The position numbers and the translations under genes are program-made. A DNA stretch of 32,000 nt. Origin: Erysipelotrichaceae bacterium OH741_COT-311. GTDB lineage: Bacteria; Bacillota_I; Bacilli_A; Erysipelotrichales; Erysipelotrichaceae. The stretch covers positions 1-32,000 of the forward strand of contig RQZE01000002.1 in the NCBI GenBank assembly GCA_003858585.1, read 5' to 3'. Shown here piece by piece: positions 8,654-16,100 of this stretch (positions are counted from its first letter, which is position 1; each line of letters opens with the position of its first letter). Below the pieces are notes generated by a model. The model was not told the origin of the DNA, ran no database searches, and saw only the letters and a program-made list of their open reading frames with translations.

Positions 8654-9118
8654 ATGTTAAATGCATTATTTTGTAAAGAAGATATAAAAATCTTTAAAGA
8701 AGTAGTATCGCAAGAGGAATTGTTTCAACAAGTTTCAAACTATTTATTAAAACAGGATTATGTAAGTAAAGAGTATTTTAAAGAGTTATTACTAAGAGAG
8801 GAACACTTTCCAACGGGATTGCAACTAGAGAAAGTTGCGATTGCTATTCCTCATGTAGAAGGAAAGTATGTCAAGAAATCAACCATTTTTGTAAGTCTTT
8901 TAAAACATCCGATTAATTGGAAAAGTATGGAGGATGTAAAGAAAACCTTATCTGTCTCTATTGTGTTTCATTTGGTTTTATCACAGGATGAAAAACACAT
9001 GGCAATTCTACAAGAGTTAATACAACTACTACAAGATTCTTCTTTTATGGAGCATCTAATGAAAGCGGAATCTGAACATCAAATCTATACACTATTAGAA
9101 AGGAGGGGTTTGAATTGA
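8654..9118 (+). CDS. PTS EIIA component (galactitol / mannitol-fructose-type EIIA fold)
   Basis: 154 aa. FPTGLQLEKVAIAIPHVEG contains the expected phosphorylatable His context. SD GAGG before ATG 8654. The stop overlaps the next start. Confidence 0.8.
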   Translation: MLNALFCKEDIKIFKEVVSQEELFQQVSNYLLKQDYVSKEYFKELLLREEHFPTGLQLEKVAIAIPHVEGKYVKKSTIFVSLLKHPINWKSMEDVKKTLSVSIVFHLVLSQDEKHMAILQELIQLLQDSSFMEHLMKAESEHQIYTLLERRGLN

Positions 9119-9402
9119 AAACGATCATTGTATGTTGTGGTTCATCTATGATTACTTCATCAGTTGCGATTGCCAAAATTCAAGAACGTTTGGAAAAAGA
9201 GGGCATTCAAGCAAACATTGTGCAATGTAAATTTGCTGAAGTTGCAAGCAATGTAGATCAGTATCATCCAGCACTCATTATTCCTACAGGTGCGTTGAGT
9301 GAAGAACAAACCAAAGGAGTACCAATTGTAAAGGGAACAAGTTTTGTAACAGGGATTAACGAAGAAGCAACTTTAGATAAAATTGTTTCATATTTGAAAT
9401 AA
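9115..9402 (+). CDS. PTS EIIB component, galactitol family
   Basis: 95 aa. The N-terminal KTIIVCCGSSMITS is typical of the GatB-type active-site Cys loop. TTG start 6 nt after a strong SD (AGGAGGGG, 9101-9108). Confidence 0.8.
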   Translation: MKTIIVCCGSSMITSSVAIAKIQERLEKEGIQANIVQCKFAEVASNVDQYHPALIIPTGALSEEQTKGVPIVKGTSFVTGINEEATLDKIVSYLK

Positions 9403-9413
9403 AGGAGGAAAAC

Positions 9414-10682
9414 ATGCAAATAGTTATTGATACATTGAATTATATTGCTGGTTTAGGTCCAGCTATTATGATGCCAATTATCATTCTAATCATTGGTCTT
9501 ATTTTTAGGGTCAAGTTCCAAACATTAATAAAATCCGCTTTAACAACTGGAGTAGGATTTTTAGGCGTAAATTTAATCATTAATCAGTTTGTTTCTGTGG
9601 TTGGACCATTAGCTCAACAAATGGTGGTTCGATTTCATCTGACTACAGACATCATAGATGTTGGATGGCCAGCAAGAGCTGCAGCAACATGGTCATTTAA
9701 TTTAGCTGCCATTGTTGTTTTTGTGGTGTTAGGTGTTAATATTTTAATGTTAGTTTTAAAGTGGACACGTTGTGTAATGGTAGATTTTTGGAGTTATAAT
9801 CACTTCATTGTATCTGCCGGTTTAGTTTATGCTTTAACGAATAATGCCATTTATGCATTAATTGCAGCGGCATTAGATGCTGCAATTACTTTTAAATTAG
9901 CTGATTGGACACAACCACTTTGCGAAAAATTCTTCGGATTAGAAGGGGTTTCGTTTCCAACGTCTAATTCTGTATGTTGGGCACCAGTGGCTTGGGGATT
10001 AAATAAAGTTTGGGACAAAGTTCCAGGCTTAAATAAATTACATGCTTCTCCAAGTGCAATTAGTAAACGATTTGGTATTTTTGGAGAACCGTTATTTGTT
10101 GGTGTTGTTTTAGGATCTCTAATTGCTTTATTGGCTGGTGCGCCAGTAAAAGGTATTTTAAGTGCTGCGATGTATACGGCAGCAACCATGGTTTTAACAC
10201 CAAAGATGATGCAAGTATTGATGAGTGGTTTAATGCCATTTGCGGAAGCGGTAAAAGGCATCTTGAATACACGTTTTAAAGGTTCTAATTTCCATATTGG
10301 TATTGATGCAGCACTTACGATTGCCAATGAAAGTGCGATTGCAGTAGGGATTTTAATGGTTCCAATTACTTTAGTACTTGCTGTGGTATTGCCTTATAAC
10401 CGTTTATTGCCTATTACCGATATTGCTTATCAAGCGATGTGGCTAGCTGCTTGGCCAGTAGCGATGAGTAAGGGCGATGTTGTAAAAGGATTATTATCAA
10501 CAGTATTAATTACCATGGTGATGTTATTTATTGCTACAACATTAGCGAATATTCATACATCTATGGCTATTGCTGGAGGATTTGTGCTACCAGAAGGTGT
10601 TCATTTAATTTCAACAGAAGATATGGGAACGCATCTATTGGCCTTTCTCATTTGGTTATTTGCACATATATTGCCAAGATAA
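9414..10682 (+). CDS. PTS EIIC permease, galactitol (Gat) family
   Basis: 422-aa polytopic membrane protein whose size and sequence style fit GatC/SgcC-type EIIC. It follows EIIA/EIIB directly. SD AAAGGAGGAA precedes the ATG. Confidence 0.8.
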   Translation: MQIVIDTLNYIAGLGPAIMMPIIILIIGLIFRVKFQTLIKSALTTGVGFLGVNLIINQFVSVVGPLAQQMVVRFHLTTDIIDVGWPARAAATWSFNLAAIVVFVVLGVNILMLVLKWTRCVMVDFWSYNHFIVSAGLVYALTNNAIYALIAAALDAAITFKLADWTQPLCEKFFGLEGVSFPTSNSVCWAPVAWGLNKVWDKVPGLNKLHASPSAISKRFGIFGEPLFVGVVLGSLIALLAGAPVKGILSAAMYTAATMVLTPKMMQVLMSGLMPFAEAVKGILNTRFKGSNFHIGIDAALTIANESAIAVGILMVPITLVLAVVLPYNRLLPITDIAYQAMWLAAWPVAMSKGDVVKGLLSTVLITMVMLFIATTLANIHTSMAIAGGFVLPEGVHLISTEDMGTHLLAFLIWLFAHILPR

Positions 10683-10684
10683 AG

Positions 10685-10713
10685 TCAAGAGCATGCTTTA
10701 AGCATGCTCTTGA
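10685..10713 (+). promoter_or_regulatory. Perfect intercistronic stem-loop between EIIC and the dehydratase gene (no U-tail)
   Basis: TCAAGAGCATGCT (10685-10697) / AGCATGCTCTTGA (10701-10713) form a 13-bp perfect inverted repeat around TTA. It is followed by GTATATAAC, not a T-run. Confidence 0.6.
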
Positions 10714-10737
10714 GTATATAACATAAGGAGTAAAATC

Positions 10738-11886
10738 ATGATCATAACAAATATAGAATTATTTCGTGTAAAACCTAGATGGATTTTTGTGAAAGTATCA
10801 ACGGATGAAGGTATTGATGGTTGGGGTGAAATGATATCTGGAACCAAAACAGAAACAGTCATTGCTGGAGCTTATGAAATTGGAAATCGTATTTTGCTTC
10901 ATCAAGATCCTTTTGATATTGAACGATTATGGCAAAGAATGCACAGATCCTTTTTTAGAGGTGGCCCAATTCAAGGGACCATTGTATCTGGTTTTGAAAT
11001 GGCATTGTGGGATATTAAAGGAAAGGCTTTGAATGTACCAGTGTGGCAACTTTTGGGTGGAAAAGCTCGTGATCGCATTAAGGTGTATTCTTGGATTGGG
11101 GGAGATCGACCTCAAGATGTAGTGGCTCAGGCGCAAGATCGTATCAATCGAGGTTTTGATTCCATAAAAATGAATGCAACAGAGGAATTGCATTATATTG
11201 ATTCCTACGAAAAAGTACAACAAGTTGTAGAACGAGTGAAATCATTGAGAGATGCTTTTGGATATAAATTAAACATTGGCATTGATTTTCATGGTCGTGT
11301 ACATAAACCAATGGCAAAAGTATTGGCAAATGCACTGGAACCATATAAGTTAATGTTTTATGAAGAAATTGTTTTACCTGAAAATGAAGAATACTTTAAA
11401 GAGTTATCACAACGAATTTCTACTCCTTTAGCTACTGGAGAACGACTTTATACAAGATGGGCATTTAAAAACATTTTAAAAGAAGGTGCAATTGATATCT
11501 TACAGCCAGATGTAGCTTTGGTGGGAGGAATTCTAGAAATGCGCAAGATTATTGCAATGGCAGAAGCTTTTGATATGGCGGTTGCTCCACATGCTCCTTA
11601 TGGCCCTATCGCTCTTGCAGCCACTTTACAAGTAGATGCATGTTGTCCAAATGTGTTTATACAAGAACAATCGTTGGGAATTCATTATAATAAAGGATTT
11701 GATTTACTTGATTTTGTTGAAAACAAGGAAATCTTTTACTACAAAGATGGCTATTGCGATATACCAACAAAACCTGGATTGGGTATCATTTTGAATGAAG
11801 AAAAAATTAGAAAGGTTGCAGAAGAAGGTTTAAATTGGACCAATCCTTCTTGGATACATGAAGACGGTACAATTGCTGAATGGTAA
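10738..11886 (+). CDS. dgoD: D-galactonate dehydratase-like enzyme (enolase superfamily, mandelate racemase/muconate lactonizing subgroup)
   Basis: 382 aa, the same length as E. coli DgoD by recollection. The N-terminus MIITNIELFRVKPRWIFVKVSTDEGIDGWGE parallels E. coli [31 protein letters not shown]. Further blocks: ALWDIKGKALNVPVWQLLGG, IDFHGRVH, ILQPDV. Confidence 0.85.
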   Translation: MIITNIELFRVKPRWIFVKVSTDEGIDGWGEMISGTKTETVIAGAYEIGNRILLHQDPFDIERLWQRMHRSFFRGGPIQGTIVSGFEMALWDIKGKALNVPVWQLLGGKARDRIKVYSWIGGDRPQDVVAQAQDRINRGFDSIKMNATEELHYIDSYEKVQQVVERVKSLRDAFGYKLNIGIDFHGRVHKPMAKVLANALEPYKLMFYEEIVLPENEEYFKELSQRISTPLATGERLYTRWAFKNILKEGAIDILQPDVALVGGILEMRKIIAMAEAFDMAVAPHAPYGPIALAATLQVDACCPNVFIQEQSLGIHYNKGFDLLDFVENKEIFYYKDGYCDIPTKPGLGIILNEEKIRKVAEEGLNWTNPSWIHEDGTIAEW

Positions 11887-12790
11887 ACAGGGAATTGAAA
11901 CTGTAAATCAGAGAATTGATTATGATGATTTGGGAGCCATTCTTATGCATGAGCATTTAATTGTAAAATCATAATTATCAGATGCTATCTATGATGCCTA
12001 TACGTTGGATGATGTACATCATGCCGTGTTAGACGTCAAAGAAATATTTAAATTTCAATGTCAAAGTATAGCTGATATGACATCTATTCATTACGGTCGA
12101 GATGTAAAGAAATTATATGAAATTAGCCAACAAACAGGCATTCATATTCTTTGTTGCACTGGCTTTCATGAAAAACTATTTATGACAGACTATGTTGTAA
12201 AAGAAAGTGTTCAAGATTTAGCTGGTCGACTCATTGATGAGATATAACATGGAATTGATCAAACCGATATTCATCAAGCTATATTAAAGTCTGAAACAAG
12301 TTATCAATGTATAGAAGAGTTAGAGAAAAAGTGCATCAAAGCCATCGCTTTAGCGCATCATCAAACACATATTCCTATTTCTACGCATTGTGATAAAGGA
12401 AAGAATGGGAAAACAACAAGCGAAACTGTTACTTGATTATGGAGTATCCCCAAATAAAATTATTTTAGGGCATATTGATTTAATGAAAGATCGTGAATAC
12501 GTATTTGAACTGCTGGATATGAGGATCTATGTTGAGTTTGACCATATTGGAAGAAATAAAAAAAGATGATTGGGTTATTGATATTTTGAAGAACATCAAG
12601 GATCGAAATCAATTACATAAAATGATACTATCACAAGATATGGGAAAAAAGATTATGCGAAATCCTATAAAGGACAACCGGATTATCATATGTTTTTGAT
12701 TTGTTTAAGTGTCTATTCTTAACTAAACTTACGGAAGAAGATTTTGAGTTACTAATGATAAAAAATCCAATGACATATTTTAGTAGCTAA
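11873..12790 (+). pseudogene. Decayed phosphotriesterase-homology protein (PHP / COG1735 amidohydrolase) gene
   Basis: Stitching frames gives a near full-length PHP-like protein: ...LGAILMHEHLIVKS*LSDAIY...GRDVKKLYEISQQTGIHILCCTGFHEK...LIDEI*HGIDQ...AIALAHHQTHIPISTHCDKG / MGKQQAKLLLDYGVSPNKIILGHIDL...VEFDHIGRNKK / DDWVIDILKNIKDRNQLHKMILSQDMGKK / DYAKSYKGQPDYHMF... / LTEEDFELLMIKNPMTYFSS*. In-frame TAA at 11972-11974 and 12245-12247. Frameshifts near 12400, at the A7 run (12558-12564), at the A6 run (12645-12650) and near 12715. No clear ATG start. Confidence 0.85.
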
Positions 12791-12840
12791 ATGTGTAGAG
12801 GATGTATTTTATTTAAAATATAATAAACAAATAGATAAAT

Positions 12841-12877
12841 AAGCTAAAATTTTAAATATAAAGTTTTAGCTTTTTTC
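12841..12877 (+). terminator. Rho-independent terminator ending the PTS/dgo operon
   Basis: AAGCTAAAA (12841-12849) / TTTTAGCTT (12864-12872), AT-rich loop, then a T-run TTTTTTC. Confidence 0.6.
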
Positions 12878-13107
12878 TTTTTGGAAGACTAAAAAGGAAG
12901 AGGAAATTGTTTTCTTATTTTATTTAAAAATCACTTTTATAACAATAGCAATATCTCTAAAATAAAAAACACTTTTTTACTAATTTTATTAGTTTATTTG
13001 GTATACAATGATAATGCTTGAAAGTATGCAAGGAGTGATAATAATAAAAAAATAAAAATGAAATGGATCGAACAAAATGTAAGCGGTTTAAAAGAAAGGG
13101 AAAGTAG

Positions 13108-16100
13108 ATGAAAAAGACAATGAAAAAAGTAGTTTCTTTGATGTTGTCGGCATTTTTAACATTGAGCATAGTGCATCATTATGACTATGTTGCGTATGCT
13201 GAAGAAGGAAATAATACGCACGCCGAAAACACAACGGGCGAAGAAACAACAGTAGAAATAAACAAGGAAGAAGCTACTGTAGTGGAAGTAGAAACAACTA
13301 ATGAAGAAATTGCGAATACCGAAACAACAGTCAATCCTGAAGATAGTTTACCTATTGAAGAAGATTCTTCTGAGGCAACAGTGGAAAATCAACCGGTAGC
13401 GATAGGGAGTTGGACTGTAGATGCTATAACACAAAAAGGAGAAGAAATATTAGAAAAACAGGATTCATGGATTCATTTTAAATCTTCTTCAAGAAATGGA
13501 AATAGCGAAAGTAATGCAAGCGAGTATCCGGCAGTTTTTGTGTCAAATAAAGAATTTAATTTTAATGAGCCCGGATCATTCGAGGTTATTTTTAAAACAT
13601 TACAAGAGAATGGAAATCGCTTTGGATTTTATTTAGGGTATAAAAATCCCGGAAGTGGGATGTTTTTTGGTTACGATGCTGCAGGATGGTATTGGCAAAA
13701 GTATGGAGCACCGGGAAATCCGTACTATACACAAGATCGTAAAGAGAAACCTGTTGCAAATACAGAGGTAAAAATTACAATTTCTTGGAATGCTGAAAAA
13801 CAAGCTACTTTAAAGTTGGATGATGAAGTGGTGTTTGAGAATGAAGATTTCTCAGAAATTGCAGAATTAACAAATCAAATTGCTATGAAGGCAGGTTCAT
13901 GGGGTTCTGAGGTTACGGATGTATATCTAAAAGAAGAAGCTGTAGCTGAAGAAACACATATGTTAAGTGGTAAGGTTGTAAACGAACAGCAAGAGCCTTT
14001 AGAGCTTGTTGAGGTTTCAGTACAATCTACTAAGGTGACAACAAGTAATCAAGGAGAGTTCAGTTTAAGCTTACCGGCTAATCGTGAATATGAAGTAACG
14101 TTTCAAAAAGATGGTTATGTACCTTTAACAAAGAGTTTTCATGTACTTGATGAAGATCTAATATTGAATGAAGTGATTGTGTTGCAGAAAGAAGCTGTGT
14201 CACAGACAAGTAAACTTCATAGTTCTTTTATGGATGTTGAAATTGCCAATGATTTCCCAAGGGTTATCAAATATGAGTTAAAAGAAGGCGACTTAAAAGA
14301 TAAGGTCTTCTATGGGCAAGAAGATGTGATACGTGTCATTCGTATCAATGATCAAGATATTACATTGCAACCGCAAGATGTTACATTAGATTTAAAAGAA
14401 AATACTGCTCTTTATACTATGAAGGTTGCAGGAACTCATGTTGATGCAACGATTAAAGCACAATTGGTTGTAGATAAAGATGTTTTGTCATTTGAAATTG
14501 TAGATATTGTAAATCATTTGGATAATGGTGTAGACGGTTATCCGATACAAACCATTGAAATTCCTAATCATTATTTAATTTCGATTCGCAGCAATCAACA
14601 ACAAGCGAATTTAAAAGGGGCAACGATGTCATCAAAAACCATCACAAGTGGGGATGAATATTACGATCTTGAACTTGATTCATCGTTGAATCAACTTGAT
14701 TATATGTATGCTTTTATTTCCAATCATGAACTAAGTGCAAGTTTATGGAGTAATTCCGAACATGAAGGTCGTGCGAAGTATGCAGGCGTAAGTGGTGGAA
14801 GTCATAATACTCGAGTTGTTGCAAATACGACGAAAAAAGTAGAGTATACTACTTTGGGGCTATCAAGTGCAAAGTGGTATTATCATCGTGTGGTAACGGA
14901 TTCTCATAATCGTCGTTTTGTAATTCCCGAAACAGAAATGCCGAAAACAAAAATAATTATTACCGGTAATCGCAATGATGATCCCGTAATTAACTGGCAA
15001 GATGGAGCTATTGCTTTTAGAAAGATTATGAATAATCCTTATAAAAGTGAAGAAGTTCCCGAATTGGTGGCATGGCGTATTGCAATGAACTTTGGAGGAC
15101 AAGCACAAAATCCATTCTTAGTAACTCTAGATAATGTAAAACGTGTAGCTTTACATACAGATGGGTTAGGTCAATCTGTCTTATTAAAAGGATATGGTAG
15201 TGAAGGTCATGATTCCGGTCACCCTGATTATGCCAATATCGGTATGCGTATTGGTGGTGCCAAGGATATGAATTTCCTGATGGAAAATGGAAAATCATTA
15301 GGAGCTCGTTTTGGTATCCATGTTAATGCGGGTGAAATGTATCCGGAAGCACAAGCCTTTACAGACGATTCTGTACGTAGAGATGCTCGTGGAAATCTTC
15401 GTTATGGTTGGAACTGGATTGACCAAGGAGTAGGGTTGGATAGTGTATATGACCTTGCAACGGGAAATCGTAAGGGACGTTTTGATGCCTTAAAAGAAAA
15501 AGTAGGCGATAACATGGATTTTGTTTATGTGGATATTTGGGGGAATCAAACAGGTGGTAGCGATGACTCTTGGCAAACACGTAAACTATCAAAAGAAATA
15601 AATGACAACGGTTGGCGCATGACAACGGAATGGGGATCTGCCAATGAATATGATTCTACATTCCAACACTGGGCTACCGATTTAACATATGGTGGTTATG
15701 CCTTAAAAGGGGAAAATAGCACTGTTATGCGTTTCTTACGTAACCATCAAAAGGATTCATGGGTAGGAGATTATCCGGCTTATGGTGGTGCGGCGATGGC
15801 ACCGTTATTGGGTGGATATAATATGAAAGATTTTGAAGGATGGCAAGGACGTAACGATTACGATAGCTATATTACAAATCTTTATACTCATAATGTAACA
15901 ACAAAATTTATACAACACTTTAAAGTGGTAGAGTGGCAAGAAGGGCAAACATTCCAAAGTTATTTACGTATCTGGAATAATAGTACAAATCGATATGACA
16001 TGATTCCTTATGCATGGACACCGGAAATGCGTGTGGTTTTAAAAGATGATTATGGAAATACTTTAGAGTTGATTCGTAAGAGTGATGATCCAACAAGTGA

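Noticed and set aside
9851-10327. Minus-strand ORFs of 158 aa and 70 aa inside the EIIC gene. Similar antisense or out-of-frame ORFs occur inside other genes: 1278-1487, 3479-3754, 4048-4317, 5453-5662, 5937-6197, 8116-8298, 10927-11344, 12957-13169, 19150-19416, 28612-28803, 31159-31368.
   Set aside because: They overlap better-supported genes or promoter regions on the opposite strand or in another frame. None has a ribosome-binding site or a recognisable domain.
12005-12247. 80-aa ORF listed as a separate gene
   Set aside because: It is the middle fragment of the decayed PHP gene, bounded by in-frame stop codons. Its start is a TTG that arises only because of the upstream nonsense codon.
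13058-13111. Two possible upstream ORFs in the GH101 leader: MKWIEQNVSGLKERESR, whose TGA overlaps the main ATG, and MDRTKCKRFKRKGK, ending at 13107
   Set aside because: Neither ATG has an SD at functional spacing (the nearest AAGGAG is more than 20 nt away). Short ORFs like these are expected by chance in AT-rich leaders.
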